Source: Chloroflexia bacterium (GTDB taxonomy: Bacteria > Chloroflexota > Chloroflexia > Thermomicrobiales > CFX8). From it: a stretch of DNA of 64,000 bases. The translations under genes were made by a program, and so were the position numbers. Within the stretch, counting starts at the first letter, position 1. Each line of letters starts with the position of its first letter. The notes beneath the pieces were generated by a model. That model saw only the letters and a program-made list of their open reading frames with translations. It had not been told where the DNA came from and did not search any database. This document shows, in pieces, positions 52,393-63,495 of this stretch. The stretch covers positions 2,400-66,399 of the forward strand of contig JAUIIK010000007.1 in assembly GCA_030431755.1 (NCBI GenBank), in the 5' to 3' direction.

Positions 52393-53544
52393 CTAGTCGC
52401 GGTCCGTGGTTGACCGCGCGCGACCTGCCCGGGCCGCGCTAAAGCGCTGCTCGTTGAAGGGCCGGTAACGGTCATAGAGGGTGACGATAAGGGTCAGCAG
52501 CAACACGAAGAAGATGACGACACGAATTGAATCCTCGGCATCCGGATTGTCGGACACAAGCGCCAGCCAGACCATGGCCAACCCGAAGTTGATGACGGCC
52601 ATCACGCCAAACTGCCGGGGCATCGAGGCCCAGCTGTGGCCGCGCCGCGCCAGCCAGACGCCGACGAAGGCGTTGGCCGCGACGATGACGGCGATGTTGA
52701 TGAAGAACCAGACGCTGCTGGCTTGAATATTCGGAAGGATCTGGGAGAAGATGATGCCGATCAAACCGACGAGCACGACCTTCTCAACGAGTGCTGGCAG
52801 GCTGATTCGCTCGGCGGGCGGGGGTGTCACCGTGACATCGACATCGTTGTGCACGTTGGCGTCCCACGTCAGCGCCCAATTCTCCCTGGGCAATCGCTTT
52901 CGGATTGCCCGGTAGAGCGCGACAGCAACACCGGCAATGACAACGACAACCGGAATCGCCCAGAGATTGTCGCTGATTGCAGATATCCAGCCCGTGTCGG
53001 TCGGCACGCCGAGAATGTCTTTCTTAATGACGTCGGTGGTATCGAGCTCGGCGACGTGCAGCCAGTACTCCTGCGGCAGCTTGATGAAGATCCAGATGAA
53101 GGCCGCGGCGCCGATGACTGCCCGTGTCGTCAGCCGCAACGGATTCCAGCGCGTGCAGGCCGCCTCATAGAAGTCAAAGAAGTACTCGAAGGTGTTGGGG
53201 AAGACCAGCAGCAGCGGCCGCCATTGGGAGATTTCGAAGGCGGCAACGCCAACCAGGCGGTAGTACCAGAGAAAGCGCGCCGTCTGGAAGGCGCTGAGGT
53301 TGGCCCAGTTGCGGAAGGTCGAGACATAGGCGATGGCCAGGTAATAGATATCGAGCGCCTTGTCGTAGGACTCGTAGCCATCGAGGTTCAGCGTTGTAAA
53401 AGTCTGGTAGATCGTCTGGTCGACGGCATCGAGCACCAGCGAGGCAATCATCGCCGGCAGCGGATAGCGCGGGATCCAGAGTGGCACGCCGATACGCAGG
53501 CCAACAACCAGCAGGAAGACAAGTATGTTGGTGAAATCGGTCAT
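52393..53544 (-). CDS. Polytopic membrane protein with a CDP-alcohol phosphotransferase-like N-terminus
   Basis: About 9-10 hydrophobic segments; D39xxD42...D61xxxD65 motif. The CDS is secure; the function is speculative. Confidence 0.7.
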   Translation of the reverse strand: MTDFTNILVFLLVVGLRIGVPLWIPRYPLPAMIASLVLDAVDQTIYQTFTTLNLDGYESYDKALDIYYLAIAYVSTFRNWANLSAFQTARFLWYYRLVGVAAFEISQWRPLLLVFPNTFEYFFDFYEAACTRWNPLRLTTRAVIGAAAFIWIFIKLPQEYWLHVAELDTTDVIKKDILGVPTDTGWISAISDNLWAIPVVVVIAGVAVALYRAIRKRLPRENWALTWDANVHNDVDVTVTPPPAERISLPALVEKVVLVGLIGIIFSQILPNIQASSVWFFINIAVIVAANAFVGVWLARRGHSWASMPRQFGVMAVINFGLAMVWLALVSDNPDAEDSIRVVIFFVLLLTLIVTLYDRYRPFNEQRFSAARAGRARSTTDRD

Positions 53545-53751
53545 AGCTGGCTTCCCGTCCCGCCGCGACGGGCCAAGGCTCCGGGAGCCGGGGCACCCCG
53601 TTCGTGACGCGTTCTCGAATCAGGACCAATGGCACGGCCTGCAGCATAGCCAACAAGCAGCCCGCTGCATTTAGATAGTGATGCGCGAGCAAACGCCTCG
53701 CGCGCTCTCCGGCCGGCAGGATGCCAGTCTAGTTCAGATAAAGGACGTGTA

Positions 53752-54387
53752 GTGTCCAGTTTCGTCGAATGGTTGCTGGTGGCCACGCTGGCCGTCGTCT
53801 TCAATATCACTCCACTCTTCGCTCCGCCAACCGCCGGCTTGCTCGCCTATTTCCACATCAACAACGACATGGGCGTTATTCCACTGGCGCTCGTCGGCGG
53901 GTTGAGCGCCGCGGCGGGCCGTTTGGCCCTGGGGCTGGCGGGCCGCAGGTTCGGTCACCGTCTGATCCCCGCAAAGCGCCGTGCAGCCATCGAGCAGACT
54001 GTGGCGACGCTGGCCCGGAAACGCGCGTCCGGGGTCACTTACCTGGCGCTCTTCGCGGTTGGCCCAATCCCCAAAGGCACGCTCTTCGTCGCCGCCGGCA
54101 TGGCCAACCTGCCGCTGCTCCCCGGCGCGCTCGTTTTCGCCATCTCGCGCTCGGCGATCTACCTCGGCACACTGCTCGTCGCCACGACGGCGGTTGGCTC
54201 GCTGGAGAGTCTCTTCGGCCTGTCCGCGGTCGGCCCGCTCGGCATCGGCGTACAACTCCTGAGCCTCGTCGCGATGATCGTGCTCTTCCGCGCCGACTGG
54301 GGCCGCCTGCCGCAGCGCATCGAGGGGCTGCGTGAGCTCTACGGGACCCTGCGCGCCCGCGGCCGGCCTGCGGAGCTTGCCGAATAG
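53752..54387 (+). CDS. DedA/VTT-like membrane protein
   Basis: Hydrophobic; P.F.PP, G.....GR...GR.FG, PIP...LF.AAG motifs. Confidence 0.65.
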   Translation: MSSFVEWLLVATLAVVFNITPLFAPPTAGLLAYFHINNDMGVIPLALVGGLSAAAGRLALGLAGRRFGHRLIPAKRRAAIEQTVATLARKRASGVTYLALFAVGPIPKGTLFVAAGMANLPLLPGALVFAISRSAIYLGTLLVATTAVGSLESLFGLSAVGPLGIGVQLLSLVAMIVLFRADWGRLPQRIEGLRELYGTLRARGRPAELAE

Positions 54388-54391
54388 ACAG

Positions 54392-54757
54392 CTAGAACAA
54401 GCTCACGAGCAGCAGCCCGGCGAAGACGACGGCGCTCGCGATGCCGGTCAACCAGAACTTCAGCCGTGTCGTCTTGTGACGCAGGAGGACCATCGCGGCG
54501 AGCGCCCCGGCAAAGCCCCCGGCGGCCGACACCAACAGCAGGCTGATCTCCGGCACTCGCAGCCCGTTGCGTTTGGCCTGGGCTTTGTCGTAGCCATACA
54601 GCAGAAAGCTCGGCACGGCCCAGGCAAGCACCCAGGCCAGGACCAGATTCAAGCCCGTCGCGATCACCAGCAGCACAAACAGCGCCAGTGAGGCGCCGCC
54701 CCCGATCACGCTATAGCGCCGCTGGAGTGACGGACGCGCTCTGCCCCGCGCTGCCAC
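54392..54757 (-). CDS. DUF1294 family membrane protein
   Basis: FLLYGYDKAQA....RVPE..L.....GG..GA..AM...RHKT. Confidence 0.9.
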   Translation of the reverse strand: MAARGRARPSLQRRYSVIGGGASLALFVLLVIATGLNLVLAWVLAWAVPSFLLYGYDKAQAKRNGLRVPEISLLLVSAAGGFAGALAAMVLLRHKTTRLKFWLTGIASAVVFAGLLLVSLF

Positions 54758-54793
54758 TACGAGCTCCCTCCGGCATCCACGTCCAGGCCCACG

Positions 54794-55300
54794 CTACCCG
54801 GCGTCTTCCTGCGCCAGGGCGTCGACGTCGGCTGAAGTCTCCGGGCCGAGCTCGTGGGACTCGAGCTGTCCTTCAAGGCGTTCCAATGTGTCCTCGACCA
54901 GCTCCCGCGAGCCCGCCTTGGAGAGCACGACGACGGCAGCCTTGCCCGGTTCCAGCTCATCGGCGATGCGCTGAATCTGCTCTTTCTTTATTCCGGTGTC
55001 ACGAATACGCCCGGCAAGCGCGCCGATGCCGCCGCCGGCGATGACAGAAGCAATCAGGCTCGGCGGGTAAATCAGGCCGACAACGCCGAGCACGAGCGCG
55101 CCGCGCCGCGCGCCTTTGCCGGCGGTCAGCTCGCGCGTCTCCTCGACTTTGAGCTTGCCGTCGTCCGACTTCGTCAGCATCGCCATATCGACGATGTCGA
55201 TAGTCGTTGCCTTGTGCATCGACTGCAACGTGTCGAGGATCACCTTGCTCGACTCCGTGTCATCGTAGAACCCCACGGTGAAATTGATCGTCTCGGCCAT
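54794..55300 (-). CDS. DUF1269 family membrane protein
   Basis: I.I.D.A...K..DGK.KV.ET, glycine-rich hydrophobic hairpin, D.GI......I...L.PG.AAV; RBS AAGGAG. Confidence 0.85.
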   Translation of the reverse strand: MAETINFTVGFYDDTESSKVILDTLQSMHKATTIDIVDMAMLTKSDDGKLKVEETRELTAGKGARRGALVLGVVGLIYPPSLIASVIAGGGIGALAGRIRDTGIKKEQIQRIADELEPGKAAVVVLSKAGSRELVEDTLERLEGQLESHELGPETSADVDALAQEDAG

Positions 55301-55545
55301 TGTGCTCCTTCATCCCTCGTCAACACGTAGCGGAGCGGCCAGCCCGTTCCGTTTCCCAGATTCGTGGTTACCGTCCCGGCGCGCGTCAACCGGATGGTCG
55401 TAGTTTGCGGTAGCAGTACCTGGCCAGCGCGCGCTAGCCGCCGGACGGCATTGGGACGTTTATTCACAGACTACACGCGCAGGAACTGCTACGATGCCAA
55501 CATCGCTCCTGCTCTAGGCAACGCCGCATCACAAATGGGAGAACT

Positions 55546-58500
55546 ATGTCTGAAGCGCCACCCGAACCAACCACGCTGGAGCCGCCCGCCGCGCCCTCCT
55601 CGCTTGCCGGCGCGCGCCAGGAACTGCTGGACCTCGGGCTACGCAACACGCTCATCAACTACCGGACGCTCACATCCCGCGGCGTCGACGTTGTCGATGA
55701 GCGCCCGCCAGAGATCTTCAAGATCCTCGTCAGCGACGGCAAGAATATGTCCTTCGAGGCCGCGCCGGATGAGGTTGAGCGTGCCGAGGCAGGGCCGGAA
55801 CAGCCCGAGGACCGGCCGACCGGCAAGCTGGCGGCCCGTCACACCGACCGGCTGCTCCAGACCGGCGTCAACTCCGCCGAGCTGCAGAAGCGGCTGCTCA
55901 ACTCCTATCACTGGGCGCGGACGTCGCTCGAAGAGCAGGGCGTCAGTGTCCTCTACATCGCGCTCGGGATGCTCGAATGGTACGAGGATAAGAACGCCGA
56001 CAGGCTCCGGCGCGCGCCGCTGCTGCTCGTGCCGGTTGAGCTGGAGCGCTCGAACGCCCGCGACCGCTTCCACGTCCAGTACACCGGCGAGGATATTGGC
56101 GAGAACCTCTCGCTCGCGGAGAAGCTGGCCAGCGAGTACGGCGTCACCGCGCCAGCCTTCCCGGAGATCGACGACCTTGATGTCGACGCCTACCTGGCGG
56201 CCTGGGCGCAAGCGATCGCCGAACAGCCGCGTTGGCGCGTCAACAGCGACGCGGTAGCGCTCGGCTTCTTCTCCTTCGGCAAGTTTCTGATGTACCGCGA
56301 TCTCGATGAAGAGGTCTGGCCGGAAGAGCTCAAACCCGCCGACCACGAGGTCGTTGGCGCGCTGCTCGGCGATGGCTTCGAGAACACCGCGCCGGCCTAC
56401 CCGGACGACACCTTTGTCGACCGCGTCGTCCAACCGGATGAGATCCACCAGGTCGTTGACGCCGACAGCTCCCAGACGATGGCGATCCTTGAGGCCAACT
56501 CAGGCCGCAACCTCGTCATCCAGGGGCCGCCCGGCACCGGCAAGTCGCAGACGATCACCAACATCATTGCCGAGTCCCTGGCTGCGGGGAAGACGGTGCT
56601 CTTCGTCTCCGAGAAGATGGCGGCGCTCGATGTCGTCAAGCGGCGGCTCGACGCCGTCGGCATCGGCGACGCCTGCCTCGAGCTCCACAGCCACCGCACC
56701 AACAAGCGCAGCCTGCTCAACGAGCTGCAACGCACGCTCGAGCTCGGCTCCCCAGTCACCCAGAACCTGCAGACCGAGATGCAGCTACTGGAAGATGCCC
56801 AGCAACGGCTCAATGCCTACTGCACGGCGGTCAATCTGGCGGTCGGCGAGACCGGGATCACCCCGAGTCAGGCCTATGGCCGGCTGCTCCAGCGGACAGC
56901 CGCCGTCTCAGACATCGTTTGGCCGAAGATCGAGATCGAGAGTCTGCGCGAGTGGCAGGAGATCGAGTTCGAGCGCCGCGCTGGCATCGTGGTCGAGCTG
57001 CAAGCCCGCGTCGCCGCGATGGGCCCGCCGCAGGCGCACCCATACTACGGGCTGACGAAGACGGTGCTGTTGCCCTCCGATAAGGACCGCATCTTCGCCG
57101 CGCTCGACGCCAGTCGCGAGCAGCTCGCCGGGCTCGACCGTCAGCTGCGTGAACTCGCCGAGGCTCTAGGGCTGCCGGAAGCGCAAGCGCTCGACGAGGG
57201 CCGGCGGCTGGTCGAAGCAGCCCGCGCCTATGTGGACGCCCCACAGGCACGGCCCGACAACCTCGCCGACGAGCGCTGGCGCACTGCCGGCGATGAGCTC
57301 CGCACAGCCTTGACCGAAGGCCGCGCCCTCACCGAGATCCGGGAGCGTTGGGACGAGCCGCTCATCCCGGAAATCTGGGATCGCGATCTGCTGGAGATAC
57401 GCCAGACGCTGGTCAACTACGAGTCGAAATGGTGGCGCTTCCTCTCCGGCGACTATCGCTCGGCGAAGAAGCAGCTCGCCGGCTTCGGACGCGGAGAGCT
57501 TCCAACGGAGATTGGCGAACAGGTCGGCATGATCGACCAGATCATGGAGTGGCAGCGGCTCAACCGGGACGCCGGCAACCGCGACGCGCTCGGTACGGCG
57601 CTGTTCGGCAGCGACTGGCGCGGCGCGCGGTCGAACTGGGACGACCTCGACCAACAGGCGAAGTGGGCTCAGTCGTTGCACGCGGGCATCGACCAGCAGG
57701 CGCTGCCCGCGGCGACGGTCACTGTCTTCGACCGCGCGCCCGAGCCGGCGTCGCTCACGGCCGCGGCGGAAGCGGCCGCAACGGGGATCGCAGCCTATAC
57801 AGCCCAGCTCCAGGAGCTTCTCCGGATGCTTGAGATCGACCCGCAGGTCGCCGGTTGGGATACACCCGCGATCGAAACCTGGGCGCTCCCCGCCCAGCGC
57901 GACCTCCTAGACGGCTGGTCTACCGGCCGGGGCGAGATCGACCAGGTCGTCGCGCTCAACGTCGCCCTCAACCGCTGCCGGGAGGAAGGCATCGCCGCCG
58001 TCGCCGAGCTGGCGGTCGCCTGGCCACACGCTTCGGAACGCCTCGCCGATGCCTTCCATGTCGCCCGCAACGAAGCCGTGATAGAACGTGCGCTGACCGA
58101 GCGGTCGGCCCTGCGCGATTTCGATGGCGCGGCGCACACGAGCGTTGCCGAACGCTTCCAGCAGCTTGACGAGACGCTGCTGCGCCACAATCGCCACCGG
58201 CTGGCGGAGACGCACTGGAAGCGGCTGCCCCGCCATCAGGGCGGCGGCCAGCTCGCCACATTGCGGCGCGAGTTCGAGAAGAAATCGCGACACCTGCCGA
58301 TTCGCAGGCTCATCGAGAACTGCGGCAACGCGGTCCAGGCGATCAAGCCCGTCTTCATGATGAGCCCGATGTCGATCGCCACCTACCTGCCGCCGGGCAG
58401 CGTGACCTTCGACGTTGTGATCTTCGACGAAGCCAGCCAGGTCCGGCCGGCCGAGGCGCTGGGCGCGTTGCTGCGGGGTCAGCAAGCCATCGTCGTTGGC

Positions 58501-60270
58501 GATAGCAAGCAACTGCCACCGACGAGCTTCTTCGACACGCTCACCCACGGCGACGACATTAGCGACGAGGACCCGGTGACACGCGACATCGAGAGCATTC
58601 TCGGTCTCTTTGCGGCCCAGAACACGCTCCAGAAGATGCTCCGCTGGCACTACCGCAGCCGCCACGAGTCGCTCATCACCGTTTCGAACTACGAGTTCTA
58701 CGACAGCCGGCTGGTGGTCTTCCCCAGTCCGGACGCTGGTCGCGCCCAGCTTGGCCTGGTTTACCACCACCTGTCCGAGACCGCCTACGAACGCGGCAGA
58801 TCCCGCTCGAACCCCGGCGAGGCCCGCGCCGTCGCTGAGGCGGTCATTGCCCACGCCAAGCGAACGCCGGATCTAACGCTGGGAGTGGCCGCGTTCAGCA
58901 CAGCCCAGGCCCAGGCGATCATCGACGAGCTCGAACTTCTGCGGCGCAACCACCCGGAAACCGAGCACTTCTTCAGTCGCCACGAGTACGAGCCCTTCTT
59001 CGTCAAGAACCTGGAGAACGTTCAGGGCGACGAGCGCGATGTCATCTTCATCAGCGTCGGCTACGGGCGGGATGAGCAGGGCAAGCTCACGATGAACTTC
59101 GGGCCGCTAAACAACGACGGCGGCGAGCGGCGGCTCAACGTCCTCATCACCCGCGCCCGCCAGCGCTGCGAGATCTTCACCAATCTGCACGCCGACGACA
59201 TCGACCTGAGCCGCACGCAAGCGCGCGGCGTCGCCGCCTTCAAACGCTACCTGAAGTACGCCGCAACGGGGGATTTGGAGCTGCCGGAGATCACCGGTCG
59301 CGATATGGACTCCCCTTTCGAGGTCGCCGTCTACAACGCGCTCGTCAAATCAGGCTATGAGGTGCAGCCGCAGGTCGGAAGCGCCGGCTTCTACATCGAC
59401 CTCGCCGTCGTCGACCCCGAACGCCCGGGCCGCTTCCTGCTTGGCATCGAGTGCGATGGCGCGACGTATCACAGCGCGCGGTCGGCGCGGGACCGTGACC
59501 GGCTGCGCCAGCAGGTGCTGGAAGGACTGGGCTGGACGATCCACCGCATCTGGTCGACCGACTGGTTCCGCAATCCGGAGGGCGAGCTACGCAAGGTCAT
59601 CGCAGCCATCGAGCGCGCCCGTGCGGCGGGCGTCGAATCTGCCCCGCCGGTGCGCTCGGTCGCCCAGGACACCTCGGAGATCAGACGGCAGGGTAACGGC
59701 GCGGCAGACATCCACGAGCAAACGACTGAGGAGTACCAGCTGGCGGACATCCGCGTTCGCTCGGGTGGTCGCGACATTCACGAGATCCCGGCACCGGACC
59801 TGGCCCGGGCCCTTGTCGCCATCGTGCAGGTCGAGGGTCCGATCCACATCGAGGACGCGGGCCGGAGGATTCTGGAGGCTGAAGGCGTCGGACGCATGGG
59901 GAGCCGCATTCGCGACGCGATCGACGCGGCGGCCCGGCTCGCCGTGCGGCAGGGCGAGATCGAGCAGCGCAACGGCTTCCTCTGGCCGCCGGGCATGGAA
60001 ACGCCGCCGGTGCGTGATCGCTCGGGCCAGGATGGGACGACGCGCCGGATCGACCTGATCGCGCCGGAGGAGATCGCGGCGGCGATTCTCCAGATCGTCC
60101 GCGAGAGCTACGGCATCAACCACGATGACATTGCCCAGCACGTTGGCCGCCTGCTCGGCTTCCAGCGCGTCACTGCCAACATCCGCGACCACATCGAACC
60201 GGTCATCGAAAGGCTAATTGCCGACGAAAGCCTCGCCGAGAACGCAGGCTTCCTCACCGTGACCGATTGA
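55546..60270 (+). CDS. DUF4011 - SF1B (Upf1-like) helicase - Vsr-like nuclease - DUF3320 protein (Hhe-type putative antiphage protein)
   Basis: LLDL.LRN.LIN, EEQG...LY.A.G.L.W, QGPPGTGKSQTI, FDEASQ, GD.KQLPP, WHYRS, VQGDERD, RRLNV.ITRA, IECDGATYHS..SARDRDRLRQ, V.VEGPIH. Confidence 0.9.
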   Translation: MSEAPPEPTTLEPPAAPSSLAGARQELLDLGLRNTLINYRTLTSRGVDVVDERPPEIFKILVSDGKNMSFEAAPDEVERAEAGPEQPEDRPTGKLAARHTDRLLQTGVNSAELQKRLLNSYHWARTSLEEQGVSVLYIALGMLEWYEDKNADRLRRAPLLLVPVELERSNARDRFHVQYTGEDIGENLSLAEKLASEYGVTAPAFPEIDDLDVDAYLAAWAQAIAEQPRWRVNSDAVALGFFSFGKFLMYRDLDEEVWPEELKPADHEVVGALLGDGFENTAPAYPDDTFVDRVVQPDEIHQVVDADSSQTMAILEANSGRNLVIQGPPGTGKSQTITNIIAESLAAGKTVLFVSEKMAALDVVKRRLDAVGIGDACLELHSHRTNKRSLLNELQRTLELGSPVTQNLQTEMQLLEDAQQRLNAYCTAVNLAVGETGITPSQAYGRLLQRTAAVSDIVWPKIEIESLREWQEIEFERRAGIVVELQARVAAMGPPQAHPYYGLTKTVLLPSDKDRIFAALDASREQLAGLDRQLRELAEALGLPEAQALDEGRRLVEAARAYVDAPQARPDNLADERWRTAGDELRTALTEGRALTEIRERWDEPLIPEIWDRDLLEIRQTLVNYESKWWRFLSGDYRSAKKQLAGFGRGELPTEIGEQVGMIDQIMEWQRLNRDAGNRDALGTALFGSDWRGARSNWDDLDQQAKWAQSLHAGIDQQALPAATVTVFDRAPEPASLTAAAEAAATGIAAYTAQLQELLRMLEIDPQVAGWDTPAIETWALPAQRDLLDGWSTGRGEIDQVVALNVALNRCREEGIAAVAELAVAWPHASERLADAFHVARNEAVIERALTERSALRDFDGAAHTSVAERFQQLDETLLRHNRHRLAETHWKRLPRHQGGGQLATLRREFEKKSRHLPIRRLIENCGNAVQAIKPVFMMSPMSIATYLPPGSVTFDVVIFDEASQVRPAEALGALLRGQQAIVVGDSKQLPPTSFFDTLTHGDDISDEDPVTRDIESILGLFAAQNTLQKMLRWHYRSRHESLITVSNYEFYDSRLVVFPSPDAGRAQLGLVYHHLSETAYERGRSRSNPGEARAVAEAVIAHAKRTPDLTLGVAAFSTAQAQAIIDELELLRRNHPETEHFFSRHEYEPFFVKNLENVQGDERDVIFISVGYGRDEQGKLTMNFGPLNNDGGERRLNVLITRARQRCEIFTNLHADDIDLSRTQARGVAAFKRYLKYAATGDLELPEITGRDMDSPFEVAVYNALVKSGYEVQPQVGSAGFYIDLAVVDPERPGRFLLGIECDGATYHSARSARDRDRLRQQVLEGLGWTIHRIWSTDWFRNPEGELRKVIAAIERARAAGVESAPPVRSVAQDTSEIRRQGNGAADIHEQTTEEYQLADIRVRSGGRDIHEIPAPDLARALVAIVQVEGPIHIEDAGRRILEAEGVGRMGSRIRDAIDAAARLAVRQGEIEQRNGFLWPPGMETPPVRDRSGQDGTTRRIDLIAPEEIAAAILQIVRESYGINHDDIAQHVGRLLGFQRVTANIRDHIEPVIERLIADESLAENAGFLTVTD

Positions 60271-60315
60271 CAGGGCAAACGGAAGCGCATAATCCGGCGC
60301 GTTCCGGTACCGCGA

Positions 60316-63300
60316 CTACGCCAGCCCATTCCGGAAGGCCCAGGCGGCGGCTTGGGTGCGTGATTCGGCATCAATCTTGTTAAAGATGTTGGTCAAGTGG
60401 CGGGCGACGGTCTTTTCGGAGATGTAGAGCTCGTCGGAGATCTCGCGGTTGGTGCGGCCGGCGGCGACGAGGGTCAGGACCTCCAGCTCACGCGGCGTCA
60501 GGCCCGCCAGCCGGTCGGCGGTCTCCGCAGGGGGCAATGCGCCGCGCCCAAGCCCGTAACGTGCGGCCGCTTCGCGAATCTCCGCGACACAGAATCCGTG
60601 TTCGATGTACGCATCACGCAAGCCGTCCGCAGTGAGATGCTCGGCCGTGTTCTCGACATGCTCGTAGGCGCGTTCGAACCAGCTGCGGGCGTCGTCGCGG
60701 TTGCCGGTCGCTTCCAGCGCGCGCGCCTGCACCCAGGCGGCATAGGTGACCAACCAGACCAGCGGCGTCTCACGCGCCTCGATCCGACTGACGGCAGTGG
60801 AGACATGGTCGAGCGCCTGCTCGCCGTCACCAGCCTGCAACGCCAGCTCCGCGAGCACCAGCGACGCCCGAATATCCCAGACGATTGTGCCCGGCAAGCC
60901 CGCGCTGAGACGCAAGGTCTCGCGCGCGTGCCGGCCGGCCTCCTCCGGCCCGCAATCGCTGTGGAAAAGGGCCTCGGCCAGGCTGACCGTGGCCTCTATC
61001 TGCGCCGTGCCACCGGAACGCGCGGCCGCCGCCTCTAGCCGCTCACAGGCGAACTCCACGGCGCGCTCCGGCTGTTTGAGCGCCAGATAGGCGCTGGCCA
61101 GCGCGCCAAGCACCTCCTCGCGCTGGCTCTCCCGCAACCCGCCGGCCTGGGAGCGTTGTGCTTGGGCGGTCTCGAACACGGCAACGGCGCGGTTGGCATG
61201 ATCGAGCGCCCGGCCGGGCCGCCCGAGCAGGCGCTCAGTCTCCGAAAGCCCCAGATGCGCCAGCAGCGCGATGCGCGTGTTGCGGGCCGAGTTCGCCCAC
61301 TCCAATGCTTCATGAGCCCGCTCCAGCGCCGTCTCATACCAGCCGTGGGTGCGGGCATAGAGGTGAATCGACATACGCGACAGCGCTTCGAGCCGGGGCC
61401 GGTCGCCTTCGCGCGCCAGCAAGTGCTCGGTCTGGCGCAAGCGCCGGATCTCCTCCAGGAAGGCGACGTAGCTGCCCTGGAGCGGCTTTCCAGCCGCCGA
61501 CGCCGAGACCGGACGGCGGTAGGCCAAGGCGATCAGCGCGGTGATCTCGCCCTTGCGATCGTTGGTCTCGCGAAACTTCTCAAGCGCGTCGATCAGAAAA
61601 CTGCGAGCGCGAGCACGGGCGTCTTCGTCGCTCGCGTCGGCCAGCCGCCAGAGGACGACGCCCATGTCCTGCGTGACCCAGGCTACGCCGCGCTGCCAGC
61701 CCAGCTCCTCACACTGCTCGCGCGCCGCCGTCAGATGCTGGACGGCCGCGATGAGCTTCTCCTTCGGGCGGTACAGCCGCGACGGTTCGCCGAGAATGCG
61801 GCCAATCGCCGCCTGGGCGCTCGATAGCGACGCCCGTGCCTGGTCTTCCAAACTCCCCCCGGCGGCAATCTCACGCGCCCTGGCGGCGTGGTTCTCGGCG
61901 CGGTCGGGGTCGCCGATGCGCACGCAGTAGCGGGCCGACCGGAGTAATCCGCTAAGGCGCCAATCGTCGCGCTCCTGAGCGTCCGCCAGACGCATAATCT
62001 CCGCCAGGCCTGCCTCCTGTGGCGCCAGCGCGTGGACATACTCGTACTGCGTGTCGCGCGAGAGCAGTATCCGCATCCGCAGCTCCGCGTCGGTCTCGTC
62101 CGAATTCGGGCCCGGATGGTCCGCCAGAACCTCCAGCGCCGCGTCGTAATAGCGAATGGCTTGTTCAGTGGCGCGCACGCGCACCGCGTCCTCAGCCGCG
62201 AGATAGAGATAGTGAGCGGCTTTGCCCAGATCCTCGCCGTGGCTAAAGTGATAGGCCAGCCGGGCGGCCACGCGCTCCGGCGTGGGCTCAAGCTGCTCGA
62301 TCATTGCGCCGACTGCCTGGTGGAGCGAGCGCCGTCGAATCGCGTTCATGCTCCAGTAGAGAACGCTCTGAATCTGCTCGTGGGCGAAGGCATAGAGCGC
62401 TTCGCCGCCGATGATGCCGCGTTCCTGGATCAACCGCCGGACGGTCGCTTCCTCGATAAACCCAACCAGCTCGTCCGACACCGCCGCGCCGCGCTGGCGC
62501 AGCACCTCCTGGAGCAGATCGAACGAGAACTCTTTCCCGATCACTGCTGCGACCGCCAGCGCTTCCTGCGCGCCGGGTGAAATCGTCTCCAGGCGGTGGC
62601 CGACAACACTCCGCACGCTCTGCGGGACGGCTGTCGCGGCATCGGCGCTCAAACCCCAGCGTCCATCGGATTGCGGGCCGAGCAGATCGACCTCGCGCAG
62701 GTGCAATACCAGTTCTTCTATGAAGAACGGCACGCCTTCCGACTCATGTTGGAGCGTCGCGAGGAAGTCGGGGGAGAGCGCCGGCACGTCGACATCGAGA
62801 ATCTCCGCGACGATCTGCGCCGTCTGCGCCTGATCGAGGCGCCGTAGCGCCAGCCGGGACGCCAGCCGTTCCCGCTGGAGATCGCGCAATACGCCTTCGA
62901 ATGGCTTGCGGCTATCGAGGTCCGTATCGCGGTACGCGCCGACGAGCAGCAGCGGCGATGTGCGGACCACGCGCGCGATGTAACGCAACAGGAGCGCCGT
63001 CGGCTCATCCGCCCAGTGGAGGTCATCGAGCAGCAAGACGACGGGCTGATCCGCCGCCGCGTCATTGAGCCGGCGCGCCACAGCATCGAAGAGCCGCAAG
63101 CGTTCGTCGGAATCGCGGACGATATCCGGAATGCCTTGGTCCGACTCGAGCCGCGCGGGCTCTACTCCAGGTAGGACGCCGGCCAGGCCGCTTGTGCGCG
63201 GACTGCCGGCAGCGCCGAGCAGCGGCCGCAACGCTTCCACAAAGGGCGCATAGGGCGCCATAGCGGCGTCCTCGTAGCAGTTCCCGCGGAGCGCCATGCC

Positions 63301-63495
63301 CCCGGCCGCATGGACGGCCCCGACGAAGTGGCCGAGCAGATGCGTCTTGCCAATACCGGGCTCGCCGCTGACGAAGACAACCCGCGACGCGCCCTGCTCG
63401 ATCTCGCGATAGGCGTCGAGCAACGCGGTTAGCTCGGCGTCACGGCCCACGAGCGTGGCAGAGCTGGGTGGCTGGGTGGCGCTACCGACCGTCAT
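60316..63495 (-). CDS. Large ATP-binding LuxR-family regulator (STAND ATPase, TPR-like repeats, LuxR HTH)
   Basis: [67 protein letters not shown]. Confidence 0.94.
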   Translation of the reverse strand: MTVGSATQPPSSATLVGRDAELTALLDAYREIEQGASRVVFVSGEPGIGKTHLLGHFVGAVHAAGGMALRGNCYEDAAMAPYAPFVEALRPLLGAAGSPRTSGLAGVLPGVEPARLESDQGIPDIVRDSDERLRLFDAVARRLNDAAADQPVVLLLDDLHWADEPTALLLRYIARVVRTSPLLLVGAYRDTDLDSRKPFEGVLRDLQRERLASRLALRRLDQAQTAQIVAEILDVDVPALSPDFLATLQHESEGVPFFIEELVLHLREVDLLGPQSDGRWGLSADAATAVPQSVRSVVGHRLETISPGAQEALAVAAVIGKEFSFDLLQEVLRQRGAAVSDELVGFIEEATVRRLIQERGIIGGEALYAFAHEQIQSVLYWSMNAIRRRSLHQAVGAMIEQLEPTPERVAARLAYHFSHGEDLGKAAHYLYLAAEDAVRVRATEQAIRYYDAALEVLADHPGPNSDETDAELRMRILLSRDTQYEYVHALAPQEAGLAEIMRLADAQERDDWRLSGLLRSARYCVRIGDPDRAENHAARAREIAAGGSLEDQARASLSSAQAAIGRILGEPSRLYRPKEKLIAAVQHLTAAREQCEELGWQRGVAWVTQDMGVVLWRLADASDEDARARARSFLIDALEKFRETNDRKGEITALIALAYRRPVSASAAGKPLQGSYVAFLEEIRRLRQTEHLLAREGDRPRLEALSRMSIHLYARTHGWYETALERAHEALEWANSARNTRIALLAHLGLSETERLLGRPGRALDHANRAVAVFETAQAQRSQAGGLRESQREEVLGALASAYLALKQPERAVEFACERLEAAAARSGGTAQIEATVSLAEALFHSDCGPEEAGRHARETLRLSAGLPGTIVWDIRASLVLAELALQAGDGEQALDHVSTAVSRIEARETPLVWLVTYAAWVQARALEATGNRDDARSWFERAYEHVENTAEHLTADGLRDAYIEHGFCVAEIREAAARYGLGRGALPPAETADRLAGLTPRELEVLTLVAAGRTNREISDELYISEKTVARHLTNIFNKIDAESRTQAAAWAFRNGLA

